NCBI GenBank assembly: GCA_951406725.2
Contig: OX597814.1
Span: 55,924,001 to 55,988,000, forward strand
From: Octopus vulgaris
Lineage: Eukaryota
Reading direction: 5' to 3'
Length of the DNA: 64,000 nucleotides
Each line of letters opens with the position of its first letter. The first letter of the stretch is position 1. The position numbers and the translations under genes are program-made. Shown piece by piece: positions 25,242 to 38,636 of this stretch. A model generated the notes under the pieces. The model did no database searches. It saw nothing but the letters and a program-made list of their open reading frames with translations, and was not told the origin of the DNA.

Positions 25242-26489
25242 CAGGGGTTGGACAAAATAATGGAAACACCTTAAATTTTCAAACAAATTTATTTTAATAT
25301 GGGGTAGGAAGGACCACCTTTGGCAGTAATTACAGCTTGAATTCTACAAGGTATGGATTCATACAAAGTTTGAATTGTTTCCAAAGGAATTTTTGTCCAT
25401 TCTTCAGCCAAAAGAGTCTTCAGTTCTTGTAGTGATGATGGTGGAGGATATTGACTCCTTACTTGTTTTTCTAAAATGCACCATAAATGTTCAATAATAT
25501 TGAGATCTGTGGACTGTGGTGGCCAGATAAGATGTTCAACTTCACTAGAATGTTCCTCGTGCCATTCAGTAACAACTTTAGCTGTGTGAATTGGTGCATT
25601 ATCATCCTGAAAGATTGTGTTTCCCTTCAGAAACAGTTCTGCAACCATAGGATCAATTTGATCAGACTAAATGCTTAAATAGACTTGACTATTAATTCTA
25701 CCATGAAGGGAACCCATTGGGCTGGTGGATTTCCAAGATATAGCCCCCACCCAAGATCATCACAGATCCGCCTCCATGTCTAACAGTTGGAAGAAGGCAG
25801 TCTGGGTCAAATGCTTCTTTTGGCTGGTAGTCGGAAATAAGGCAAAGGATGACTCATCTGAGAAAATAACATTCTTCAACTGCTCTAGGGACAAATTCTG
25901 TAGGTTTTTGCTCCACTCTAAACGTTTTGCAACATTTGTTTTTGAAAGTAGTGATTTTCTGATTGCAGCTCTCCCATGAAATCTGACTTTGTGCAGCTCC
26001 CGGCAAACAGTTTTTCTGGAAACTGGGATCTCGAGGTGGTCATTAAGCTCTGCAGTAATTTTGGGAGCTGTACTTTTGTGATCCTTACTAACAATTCTTG
26101 TAAGAGTCCGACGGTCCCTATCTGAAAGTTTTGGTTTTCTTCTGGAGTTTTGTTTTGACGAGGAGGTTTCTCCCTCTTTCCCAAAGGCTGTCATTACTTT
26201 CGAGACAGTACTTCTTGATACAGCAAACATTTTGGTTGTTTTCATTACGCTAGCGCCTGCCATACAAGCACCCACAATTTGACCTCTTTGAAAGTCTGAT
26301 AGATCTGTTATTTTAATGAATTTTAATTACCTTTTTCTGATGATATCTGAAAAGAAACAGCAATTTTAGCAAAACATATTAAGTAGCACTAATAATAAAT
26401 CAAAAAACTTGAAAATTAACAAGCTTTTGACGGTTTTATAGATTATGATGCTATGATGCTAGGTGTTTCCATTATCTTGTCCAACCCTG
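25242..26489 (-). mobile_element. Tc1-like DNA transposon with DD36E catalytic spacing, frameshifted
   Basis: ~29-bp TIRs caggggttggacaaaataatggaaacacct / aggtgtttccattatcttgtccaaccctg followed by TA; ORFs 25760..26275 (HTH, FSDESSF) and 25289..25648 (FQDDNAPIH...WPPQSTDLNIIE). Confidence 0.92.
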
Positions 26490-27499
26490 TATATAAGCCT
26501 ATTGTGTGTGTGTATGTGTGTGCATATACTAAAACTCCTGTTAAACTAACATCCCTGTTTGTTGTTTATGCATCTGTGTTCGTCTTTTGTTTCTTTGTAA
26601 ATTCCAACTATATATATATATATATATATATACAAACACACACACTCACACACACACACACACACAACAGGCTCTTTCCTGTCCTTGTCTGCCAGATTTG
26701 ACTTCCAAGGCATTGGTCAACCAGCCAGTAGTGTCTGCTGTGGGAGCAAAGACCAAACCACATGGTTTTGAAGTAAACTTCTTAACTACGTATCCATGCC
26801 TTCACTTAATACCCATGTGTGTGTGTATGTGTGTGTACGCACACACATGGTCTACAATATATATTCAGTGTGCAATATTAGAAGCCACTCCACTAGCTGC
26901 TACATAACAGAGGATAAAATATGGCCTCATGATAAGGCTGAAGTGAACCATATATTAGGAAGAGCAAGCATACTGCAAATTTGTTACTGTCTATATTTGT
27001 ACTATTGGTTTGCTTTTGTACCACTAACTCATTACCAGATCATTATTTCTAGATTAGTTTAATAATTCTCATTATTCATTCACAGTATGCCATGTATTTT
27101 CTTCTGTAAAATACATTTTTGTAAATAAAGCAAATTATGCGTTTTATTGACAGATTTCTATTGTTTTAATTGTTTCAAATATATTCTGGTTATTAAACAT
27201 TAATATTACTAAGTTATCAAAGGCACTAATACTGAAGTCTGATTAGTGAACCAGCATCGCCTTTCAGCTTTCTATATTGTCATATCTTTTTCATCTTAGG
27301 TTTAATATTGTATGTGTAAAAATGTTCTCATATTTTTCTTTTTGTAGTCTTTGTGCATTTTGTCCTTCAAAATTGATACTCCCTTACAAATTTGCTTCAA
27401 GAAAACATGAAATTTAGTTACAGATTGGTTGCAAAACTTTTAGACTTATATTTCTATATATATTCCTCTGTATTAAATGGTGCTTGAGAGAGCACCATT

Positions 27500-28135
27500 T
27501 ACTTGGCTACATCTGATATATGTTTCATGCTATTTCACCAAGAATCTCTGTCCTCCATTAGTTCTAGTAGATCCTCAATATCATATTGTCTTTCTGTTAA
27601 TAGTATCATTGTTGTTGAGTGCTTTTCATCCACTATTTGGATGCAGACATCTCTAAAATATAACATCCAATATGGTCTGGTGTTCAACATAATAGCAGTG
27701 ACCAGAAAAGCTTACCCTGCATCGAGCAACTATAGTAGACATGAGTGGAATGTATCCTTAAATCTTCTCTTTGATGTTCTGCTCATGCCATGAAATGTTT
27801 TGAGTTTTTGAGTTCTCATAGACAACATTGTTGTTTGTCCCTTGGGTATCAAGGAAGTCTTTCTTATTGTCAGCAAGTTTGGGCCCAAGATATATTGAAA
27901 ACACTGATCTCTTTGAGTTGCCTGCCTCACCATCAAGCAGAAGTGATCAAGATGTTAACAGAGTCTTTATCTCTCTGACCTCAACTATGCTGATGATCAT
28001 GCCCTCACAGCTCATCAGTTGAAAGATGTGTATGACTTGTTAACAACCCTCTAGAATGCTGCAGCCAAAGTCTGTCTGTTTCTTAGTGCAAAGAAGACTG
28101 AGTACATGATCTTTACGGAAGATGAAATCCACTGG
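27500..28135 (-). mobile_element. old RTE-clade LINE 3' fragment with an inverted 5' segment
   Basis: Minus strand 27950->27500: LDG..LKE..YLG..KDF, QNISW, FSGHC, EDRDSW; plus strand 27950-28135: LSDLNYADDHAL...KKTEYM. Confidence 0.75.
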
Positions 28136-28189
28136 CAAAATTGTTCCAACAATTCTAATCATCTTTTTAATAACTTTTTGTGGCTGTGA

Positions 28190-28580
28190 GATAATAGGTT
28201 TGCTTTCTATCCACATGGTTCTGGGTTCGGTACCATTGCATAGCACCTCAGGCAATGTCTCCTCCTGAAGCCTTGTGAGTGGATTTGGTAAGTAGAAACT
28301 AAAAGAAGCCTATTGTATATATATACATACATGTGCAGGTATTTGTCTTGTCTTGTCATTGTGTGACTGTTTTAAATGGTTGTCACTGTCATACAAGTAG
28401 TGTCATTCATTTCCAATATTTTGCAAGAATGTTTCTGGCCATGGAAGAATATTACTGTGTTTAAAAATAAGTGAGGGTTTGTGACAGGGAGGGTATCCAA
28501 CTGTAGAATATCTGCCTCAAATAAACTCCATCCAATCCATTTAAGCATGAAAAAGTGGACATTGAGTGATGATGATGATG
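28190..28580 (+). mobile_element. SINE with family A head and RTE-like tail ending (GAT)n
   Basis: ccacatggttctgggttc...ccttgtgagtggatttggt...gggtatccaactgtagaa...gcatgaaaaagtggacatt..gatgatgatg. Confidence 0.75.
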
Positions 28581-31500
28581 AAATCAAGTTCATCAACCTC
28601 TCTGTAATGCTACTCACTTGTCAGAGAAAAACAAATGTTATCAACTCATCCACCTCCTGCTTATTCTAGACATTTTATGAAAAGTTTAAATGTTCTATTT
28701 AAAATTATCTTCACTTCAGTTGCATTTAATGTATGTATATTCTTTTGTTTATTATGGTTCACAAAGTTTTCTCATTTGCACATAAATTATAAGAATGTGT
28801 TATCTGTTGTCCAGAATTTACAAAACAAAGTACAGCATAAGATAAGTTGAAGTATTTTTGTTCAACCAAAAGCCAAATCAAAGCACCAGCTGTTTTTTTA
28901 AAGTCAGTGAGCACTTATTTGAGATTCCACATTAGATTATTGTCATCATTAAAATATTTCTATTGATGCCATGAGATGCTTTTAGTCATAAAAGATGACT
29001 GTGAAATATGTTGTAATTAGTTTTAAATTTGCAGTTATGTTGTTACTATAGAATCCTTCAATAGTGAAAGTAACAACTTCATTGCCTCTGTGTGTGTGTG
29101 TGGGTGTATTTCTGATGAAGCTCTTAAGACTTAAACCAATATCATGTAATTGATTCTTCTCAGATAAACATTTATGCAATGAAAGGAAAATATTTACTTA
29201 CAAAGATTAAATATTTTCTTAATATGAATAACACTCACAGTGCTGATCACACACTCTATATAACAGATATTCCAAAATGGAGGACAAAAAGTAGAGGTTG
29301 AATTATTTTGATAAAAATCCTCAGCTCTTTAGTAATTCTACTTACATATCATCACCATAATTATCTTCTAATTACTGTTCACTTGTTACTGAAACTTGCC
29401 AAAATAGCTTTTCTACAACCAGCTCTTCATTTATGAAGCTTAATTTTCTAAGATCTTGTCTGTCTAATGAGCATGCCTTTGTAAACTTATTTTATTACTG
29501 TTATCTGCAATTGGCTTGCATCAGTTTTATCACAATGTACATCATCTGTTCTCATCTTGTTTCTATAGTTACACACTATTTCACCTTATTATTAACAAGT
29601 AGAATGTCCTCAAACTTAACAGTGCACATCGAACATGTCATACGCTATTTCTTCTCCCTAAATCATTTTAACTTCTTTCTTCACAAGTAATAGTTCAGTA
29701 TTACATTTTGTCACACTTCTCAACACCCATCACACATCCTAAACATTGTGTATAGAGTTGAAAGACTGCTTTATCATCACATAATGACAAAACTTCTTTA
29801 TCTCTTTCTTCATACTTCATAACATAAAATGTCATGTAAGATATTTGTTACCTTGTAGCAAAACCTGTTTTCCCTATATCCAGTGACTTATAATCAGGTA
29901 TACAAGTATATTTGGTACTTTTAATGGTTTACTTAGCTTAAGGGAGAGGTTGCTATATCTTACACAAAGCTTATTTCTAGATTGTATTGCCTTCAGAGTA
30001 CTCAGTTTCAGTTTTTTTTTTAATCAGATTTCAAACCAAAAGCTCTTGAGTTATTGTTCACTGCAGGAATTTTGCAATGTATTTAGGCAATATACTAAAT
30101 TTTGCACACTTCTGTCTTCCAAGGTGTCATAAATCAGTGACATAATAATCTAAGATGGCTACTTGAGATAGTCTTGTGTCCTGTTAAGAAGGAAATTTGT
30201 CTTCCATCTACTTAATACCATGAAACTAACTATATTCCAGCATTTTCTCTTATATGAAAGATGTATTATATTATATGTTATAATCCATTTACTACCAGTT
30301 CCTTCCAAAGGGCTGTGACCAAACTGGAGCCCAGACATTGGTATTGCTGTAGCCTTCATTTCAGTGTTTAGTGAATGAGGAAATTTGATGTTACTGCTCT
30401 CATATGTGCGGTGTAGGTTCATCTGACAACAGCATAAGAACAGATCTTCAAGTTCCCATAGAAAAAGCATGTTTTCCAAATTTTAACATTTACTGTGGCT
30501 GATCTACTGCTTTACTTTTCCTTATTAACATCAGAATATTCCACTGAAGTCACAGGCATCTGGTACTATTTTACATTAGACTGAGTTTGTTCCAAAGACC
30601 TAACCTGTTGAATTCTACTACTCAACGTTAAGTATAGTCATCTTATAATAATGTTTAAATGTATTCTACATATAACAGAATATCTTATACATGGTGATAT
30701 AGTTCCCTCAACCACTGTAGCTTTAAAGTTGCTATCATGAACTAATACAATTAAGTTAAATTCTTTAGAAATTCATCTATGTTTTCATTGGGATTTTGAA
30801 AAAGTGTTGCTAGAATGTGTTTGGCAATATATTTTATTGGGTACTTAAACTTCTAGCTTTTTAAAGTATTACCAAAAAGTTGTACTATCTTGTATAATGT
30901 CTGCTACATTAAGCTTGATATGTTGGAACAAAATCCTTAGTTTGATACTTCGTCAGAATACTTGAATTCTTTTTGCCATGATTTACAAAAAAATCTTATC
31001 TTCTGAGGAAAGTTTAGAATGTCAAATTTGTCTGGTTTAGCTATATTGTTCATTTTGGGTCAGAGATTAATAACTTGAATTGATTAAACAGTTTTGATTA
31101 AAATGGTTCCATATATCATTCTTTTATCAATTTAAAAGAGAGCTTTCTATAGCATCCTTAGTAGAGGAAGAAGACATGAGACATTATTGTGTTTAGAGAT
31201 AAGTAACATTCATCATAAAATTGTAGTCCAACAATTTTTTGATAATATAGAATTTGCAATTACATCCCAGTATTTTGAATCTGGTTCCAGTAATGTACAA
31301 GTATTTTCTTTCTATATTTTACATCTGTATTTGTTTATAGAGCATCTAACATTGAAAATATATCATTTGGTATATCCATATCTTGTTGGTTTTTATCATT
31401 TAGATTCTAATAATTTCCTGTGATTAGATTAAAATTTTACTCTCTAGTTATATTGATTCAAGTATTTGGTTCAATTCAAGAGAGTTTTGATATTTTAGAT

Positions 31501-32277
31501 TCTATTCTTGCTTTTAAGAGAATATAATTTTTCTGAAATAAAATTTCTTGTAAAACATGTTTTAAAAATTACTTGAAATTATTGTAACTACAGTTTTCTT
31601 TCTAGTAATGAATGATATTGAGACTGACACAATAATGTACATTTTTTCATTTCAAAATTCTAATGTTGTTTCTGAAATTCTTGTACCATGAAAGCTTTTG
31701 TGAACTTTTCTTTTTCATCAGTTTTTTTTCTTGCTCTTTATATGGTTACATATATGAAATGTTAATTTAATCTTGAAAATTAATCAAAATTGATAATACA
31801 AGTTTGATAATTGCATATTCACCAGTTCTCAATAGCAGAATTCTAGTTGGTAGCCAGAATATTCAACTATAGAGAATTTTTTTTTCAAAACTCACATTTT
31901 TTCCTAACAATACTATTATAAAATTTTCTTCAAACAACATGAAAAATATTGATTAAAGAAAAAAGGATAAAACAGACTTGCATCTGTTTTCTGTACTTTG
32001 ACAGCGTAATTTAGGATTTTCTGGATAAAGATAATCAGTCACATTTCAACAAACTGATGCTTCTATTCTCTGACATTGTATTAAACATATTTAATTGCTC
32101 ATTCTTCTAATCTAACATTTTAACATTTTTTTAATTGTGAGTAAACTTCCTAAGTTTTTTTTCTTTTTTTTAAATTGCTGTTTTTATTGTTCAGTGGCAC
32201 AGCAAGGGTTCTCAGTACCTATCAGGTGTAGTAATTGAGAAAGAGGAGTAAAAACACTCTTGGCATCCTTACCTTAA

Positions 32278-32475
32278 CCCTTTAGCATTCGCATTACTCT
32301 GTCAAGTATAATGCTTATTTATTCACATTGTTTTAAATTAATCATGCATTATCTTTGTGATTATTCATTTTTAGAATGACTTTGTAGGGTAGGTGTGAGA
32401 ATCTGGATCTGGCCAGTTTGAACACAAAACATGTAGAATATTGGGCCAGATATGGCTGGTTTAAATGCTATAGGA
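32278..32475. mobile_element. TTAA-specific (piggyBac-type) MITE, second family
   Basis: TTAA CCCTTTAGCATT ... AATGCTATAGGA TTAA (12-bp TIR with 2 mismatches). Confidence 0.7.
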
Positions 32476-33128
32476 TTAATTAACACACATTTCTTTGTAT
32501 ACTCTGCTTTTGTTCAATAAATTCTTCATTGTGTCATTTTGAGAATTTATACAGAACTCTCTTGCAAAACGTTCTGATTCTTTCTTAAAACCAGTTTTGA
32601 ATATCTATTTTAAATGATGAATCATACAGTGATGGTAGCAATGCAGTGTGTACAAGTGGGCTCATAAAAGAAATTTCTTTTGATATTCTAGATTTTGTTT
32701 TTCTTATAATTTCTTTTTTTTTCAATGCAGCATTCTTGTGATTTCTAATTTCTTCGATAAAATCAAATGCTCAAATCTCTTTCTCCTTTCTTTGCTTTTT
32801 ATATTTTTGTGTGAAATTAGTGAATATTTTTTGTGTTAGTTACATCATTTCTTTTGCAGTCTATTTTTCTCCCCACTTATTTTTTAAAACACTTTCCTCT
32901 CTGTTACTCACATCCTCCTTGTTCATGTTTCATCATCAGGGTATAAAAAGAACATAATCATGAAGAATAATGGATTGTAGTAAATTGAGTAAGGAAAATT
33001 CTGGATGCAAAATGATCGAGCCTGATAAAAAGTGTTCCAGACATGACTATCCTGTTTTTTTTTACTTATATATTCAGGATTATATTATTCAGTTGGCTTT
33101 TTTTATTTGCCTTAAACCAGTAGGGTAT

Positions 33129-33420
33129 GAAGGTGCATGGCCTAGTGGTTTAGGGTGTTGCATTCATGATTGTCAGATCATGATTTCAATTCCCAGACCA
33201 GTTGGTGTGTTGTGTTCCTGAGTAAAACACTTCATTTCACATTGCTCTAGTGTTATATAGAGACTGGCAACTAAAAGGCAACTAAAAGAGGTTGAGGTAG
33301 GATTTGCCCTCCAACCTTGTAAAACCCTCAAAAGCAACAGCCACCTAAACAGACCTATGGTTTGAAGGGTTGTCACCTGAGTGGTGCAAAGGTTTCATCT
33401 GCCAGGAGTAGGGAACCACC
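33129..33420 (+). mobile_element. SINE family C head with another tail
   Basis: gaaggtgcatggcctagtggtttagggtgttg...ttcaattccc...tgtgttcctgagtaaaacacttcatttcacattgctc. Confidence 0.65.
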
Positions 33421-34173
33421 AACAAATGGTGCATGCAGCAACATGTTACAGTGCATGTCCCCATACTACTACCTTTAGTAGTGTGTAAATTGAGGAAGAA
33501 GTTGCTGCCATTTCTTGTGAATCATTGACTATATAGAGATTCTTTTGTTATCTCAGTTGATCATCAGTTACTGAGAAAATTGCTTTATAAGGTTACATAG
33601 GGGTTAAAGTAGTGTGTTACTTCACTGAGATAGGTAGTTATTTCAATTATTTTCAGGCTAACATTTTAGAATAATTTTCAAAAATTTTCAACAAATTCAC
33701 TTGGATACATAATTTGTTATCTTTAAATAAAAGTAAGTTTCAAGTGTTTTATTACTTTAACAATAAAGTTTCTATTTTATCTGCTGAAATGTTAAGAGGT
33801 TGTGTCATAGATGCGTTTAGCTAATTCCAGTATTGTTAAATACCATAGCTCTGCTAAAGTATACAGTGCAACTGAAATAAATTAACCCTATTCTCTGGAG
33901 TGCAGTGTTACCAAAGTCATCTATGAACTTTCTCATTCTCACTTAACTAATAGCTGACATATAGTGGTGACCTCATTAACCTTTTATTGTTTCTCGAGAG
34001 GAAAGTAATAGTTCAGTTTACAGGAAGGTTTAATTTACTTTGTTGTAGTTAGAAGAAGGCTTTGAATGTCAACCTTGATAGATAAAATGCAAAAAAAGTA
34101 TTAAACTTGAAAACATACAAGTTTATATATTATTTACCTTTTTGTTGCTGAAATATGTTAGTGTGTGTGTGAA

Positions 34174-34205
<32 letters not shown>

Positions 34206-34982
34206 CTCTCTTATTTATATTACATTCTTCTCGAACCCCGAAGTTTCTAGATGTTCAGTAATTTCTGTTGCAGAAAATTCCTTACGAATTAAACCTGTTG
34301 TTCCTTAGCTCTCTCTCTCTCTTTCTTCCCCCCCCCCTCTCTTTCCTCATGCTGCCACCTGATAATCCCCCCCCCCAATCCCTAACTCTTTATAAAGCAG
34401 TGTTCGATTTATCTCGTCCCTTTTCTCGATTCTACATCTTGCTGACAAAACACTGACTCGAAAAATGACCAGCTAAGCGAATTTAACTTACAACCTGTCA
34501 TTCATATTCATTTTTTTAAGCGTTGATTCGTAACTCTAAATCCCGTTTCTCTATTATTTATTTCGCCATCTTGTATGCATGGCTTCCTGTCTGTCATGCA
34601 TTTTAAATTCCTCCTTTAATTTCAGTGTCATCCCGTTATTATTCCATTCCCAGAATTCACTACAATATTCTCTCTCTCTCCCCTATTTATATTATGTTTT
34701 ACTCGAACCCCGAAGTTTCTAGATGTTCAGTAATTTCTGTCGCAGAAAATTCCCTACGTATTAACTTAAAACCTGTGGTTCCTTCGAGGTGACCCCGCCC
34801 TCCCGCCCATCTTAAAACCTGTGGTTCCTTCGAGGTGACCCCGCTCTCCCACCCATCCACCAGAACCGGAAGTTTCTGTTTTCTATCTTTCTTGACCCCC
34901 CCGCACCCCTATGTAGGGTTTATTGTGATCATATAGCGCAAAAACTGTGAAATTTATGCAGGTTGTAGTCTAGAGTCTCAGT

Positions 34983-37900
34983 ATGATATCTGGCAAATGC
35001 AAGCTTTCTTTTCAGGTACATAACACTGCTGTCCCTCATCCCAGGGTCTCAGAGGCCCACACCTCCCACACCCTCAGGGTGGGCACCCTCAACGTTGGCA
35101 CATTGAAAGGTAGGTCTGGCGAGATAGTCGAGATGCTTGAACGGAGACGTGTTGATGTATGTTGTATGCAAGAAATAAGGTGGAGAGGAGGATCTGCTAG
35201 GGTCCTCACAGGCAAGGAACACAGGTACAAGATTTTCTGGGCAGGGAACACTGACGGGGTTGGTGGCGTGGGTATACTTATCGCTGAGAAATGGATAGAT
35301 AGAGTAATTGAGGTAATCAGAGTAAGTGACAGAATACTTAAGATTAGAATAGTGCTTCATAATAGATTAGCAACCATTATATCGGCCTATGCCCCTCAGC
35401 CAGGGCTACCCGATGGACAGAAAGACAGTTTCTATGACACCCTACTGCAGACCACCTCATTGACGAACGACAGGGACCTTCTGTTTGTGGCTGGTGATTT
35501 CAATGGGCATGTTGGACGACATGCTGGGGGCTTCCATGGCGTACATGGAGGCTACGGTTATGGTTCCCGCAACGAGGGGGAACCAGGCTGCTGGAGTTCT
35601 GCGATGCGAATAGTCTTATGGTCTGCAACACTAACTTCAGGAAACCAACAAGCCACCTGGTCACCTACCGATCGGGCCGGCATACTAGCCAAATCGACTA
35701 CATCCTTGCCAGAAAAAGGGAAAGATGGCTGCTTATAAATGCCAAAACCTTCCCAGGCGAAGAATGCACCCCACAACATAGACTGGTAGTTAGTGACTTT
35801 AGGATAAGGACTAAGAGGGCGACTAGAAGACGACCAACATGGAGAAGAAGGGTCTGGAAGCTTAAAGACCCTGCGAATGGACAGAGATTTAGAGATATGT
35901 TACTTGAAGCCTTTGACGAAGTGGAAGGGGGTATAGCTACACATGGGGTAGAAGACAACTGGACGTTTCTGAGGGACAACCTGCTGAAAGCCGCTGACCA
36001 GATCTGTGGCTGGTGCAAAGTCCCCTTAAGACCCAAAATAACGTGGTGGTGGAACAATATTGTTGACAGGGCTATTAGACAAAAGAAACAGGCTTGGAAG
36101 GCCTGGAAGAACGGTGGTAGCAGGGAAGGGTATCAGACTGCCAGAAGGGAAGCTAGGAGACAAGTCTATCTAGGCAGAGGGGAAGCAGATAAGAGAAAAT
36201 TTGCCAATGTCCTGCGCCGTGAGGATGAAAGACTTGAGGTATTTCGTGTTGCAAGACAGTGTGTGAGAGAGAATCGTGATGTGGTAGGAGAGAAATGTGT
36301 TCGCATGGAGGATGGTTCACTTGCGCTAAATGAGGATGCAAAGAGAGAAGCTTGGAGACGCCACTATGAAAGGTTGCTGAATGAGGAAAATGAATGGGAT
36401 AAAGAGAGTCTGCCGAATCTTGACCCTACAGAGGGACCAGCTATCCGAGTTGATAGTTCCGTGGTAGCTAAGGCAATTAGAAGCATGAAGACAGGGAAAG
36501 CCCCAGGCCCATCAGGAATTACTGCAGAGATGCTCAAAATATCTGGCAGTGTCGGCTATAACCTAGTCACCCGTATAGTCAACCAGGTGATACACGAAGG
36601 AGTCATACCCAATGACTGGTGCAGCAGCATACTAGTCAACTGCTACAAAGGTAAAGGTGATGCCCTAGATACAAATAATTACAGAGGTATCAAGCTGTTG
36701 GATCAAGTAATGAAGGTTACGGAGAGGGTCATAGCCCAACTAATTAGAGAGAGAGTTAGTTTAGATGAGATGCAGTTTGGGTTCGTGCCAGGGAAAAGTA
36801 CCACTGATGCTATATTCCTGGTAAGGCAGCTGCAGGAGAAATACCTAGCCAAAGATAAGCCCCTGTACCTGGCTTTCGTTGACATGGAGAAAGCTTTTGA
36901 TAGGGTCCCCCGATCCCTTATCTGGTGGTCAATGAGGAAACTAGGGATAGATGAATGGCTGGTGAGGACTGTGCAAGCCACGTACAGAGATGCCGTAAGT
37001 AAGGTTAGGGTTGGCAACATGTACACAGAAGAATTCAAAGTAGAGGTTGGGGTCCACCAGGGTTCAGTACTCAGCCCCCTCCTATTTATCATAGTACTCC
37101 AGGCAATTACGGAGGAATTCAAGACAGGCTGTCCCTGGGAGCTCCTCTACGCTGACGACCTTGCTCTTATTGCTGAGTCACTATCAGAACTGGAGGAGAA
37201 GTTCCAGGTGTGGAAGGAGGGTTTAGAATCAAGGGGCCTTAGAGTCAACCTAGCTAAAACCAAAGTACTAATAAGTAGAAAGGTAGACAATCCACAAATA
37301 TCTTCAGGAAGATGGCCCTGCTCGATCTGTAGAAAAGGTGTAGGTAGAAACTCTATAAGATGTACCCAGTGTAAGCTATGGACACATAAGAGGTGCAGCA
37401 ATGTCAAAGGTAGGCTAACTGGGAAGATAGTTTTTGTATGTGGCAGATGCTCGGGAGCATTAACCTCCGAAAATCTGCAGAAAACAACTTCCGTCACTTT
37501 CCAGGGGGAAAAACTAGAAGTAGTTGATAGCTTCCGTTATCTAGGTGACCAAGTCAGTAGTGGGGGTGGGTGCGCTGAAAGTGTAACTGCTAGAATAAGA
37601 ATAGCCTGGGCAAAGTTTAGGGAGCTCTTACCTCTGCTGGTGACTAAAGACCTCTCGCTCAGAGTAAAAGGCAGACTGTATGATGCGTGTGTACGAACAG
37701 CCATGCTACATGGCAGCGAAACATGGGCCGTGACTGCTGAGGACATGCGTAAGCTCGTGAGGAATGAAGCCAGTATGCTCCGATGGATGTGTAATGTCAG
37801 TGTACATACTCGACAGAGCGTTAGCACCTTGAGAGAAATGTTGTACCTAAGAAGCATCAGTTGTGGTGTGCAAGAGAGACGATTGCGCTGGTATGGTCAT

Positions 37901-38103
37901 GTGGCGAGAATGGATGAAGATGGGTGTGTGAGAAAGTGCCAATCCTAGCAGTTGAGGGAACCTGTGGAAGAGGTAGACCCAGGAAAACCTGGGACGAGGT
38001 GGTGAAGCACGACCTTCGAACTTTAGGCCTCACTGAGGAAATGACCAGCGACCGAGACCTTTGGAAATATTCTGTACGTGAGAAGACCAGGCAGGACAAG
38101 TGA
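34983..38103 (+). pseudogene. RTE polyprotein (apurinic endonuclease + reverse transcriptase + PHD-type finger), disrupted by two 1-nt deletions
   Basis: APE motifs GTLNVGTL, MQEIRW, AYAPQ, GDFNGHVG, QIDYIL, QHRLV; RT motifs NYRGIKLL, QFGF, DMEKAFD, HQGSVLSPLLF, YADD, FRYLG; frameshifts near 35580 (NE[E]GTRLLEFC) and 37945 (KCQS[L]AVEG...RGRPRKTW); TGA at 38101-38103. Confidence 0.95.
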
Positions 38104-38186
38104 GCCCAGCCCACTTATGAATGCCTTTCCTCCCTTGGATGCAAAGACCGGTTGAGGCAAGCGAAGTCGATATAGAACCTCACCCG

Positions 38187-38636
38187 ACGACAGACACCCA
38201 TGCCAACCCCCCATGCTTGCGAAGACATGTTGGGGCAATCGAAATCGAAACCGAATTGAACCAGCCAGGATCCCTGGCCTGGTGGTACGTAAAAAGCACT
38301 ATCCGACTCGTGGCCGTGGCACGTAAAATACTCCAATGCGACCGTACGACAGGCACCCATGCCAACCCCCCTTTGCTTGTGAAGACATGTTGGGGCAAGC
38401 GAAATCGAAATCGAATTGAACCAGCCAGGATCCCTGGTCTGGTGGTACGTAAAAAGCACTATCCGACTCGCGGCCGTGGCACGTAAAATACTCCAATGCG
38501 ACCGTACGACAGGCACCCATGCCAACCCCCTTTGCTTGTGAAGACATGTTGGGGCAAGCGAAATCGAAATCGAATTGAACCAGCCAGGATCCCTGGTCTG
38601 GTGGTACGTAAAAAGCACTATCCGACTCGTGGCCGA
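38187..38636 (+). repeat. ~160-bp tandem repeat (about 2.8 units) in the RTE 3' UTR
   Basis: acgacag(a/g)cacccatgccaacccc starts at 38187, 38346, 38506; units nearly identical. Confidence 0.9.

Noticed and set aside
35036-38114. Multiple minus-strand ORFs over the RTE
   Set aside because: Antisense shadows of the RTE coding frame.
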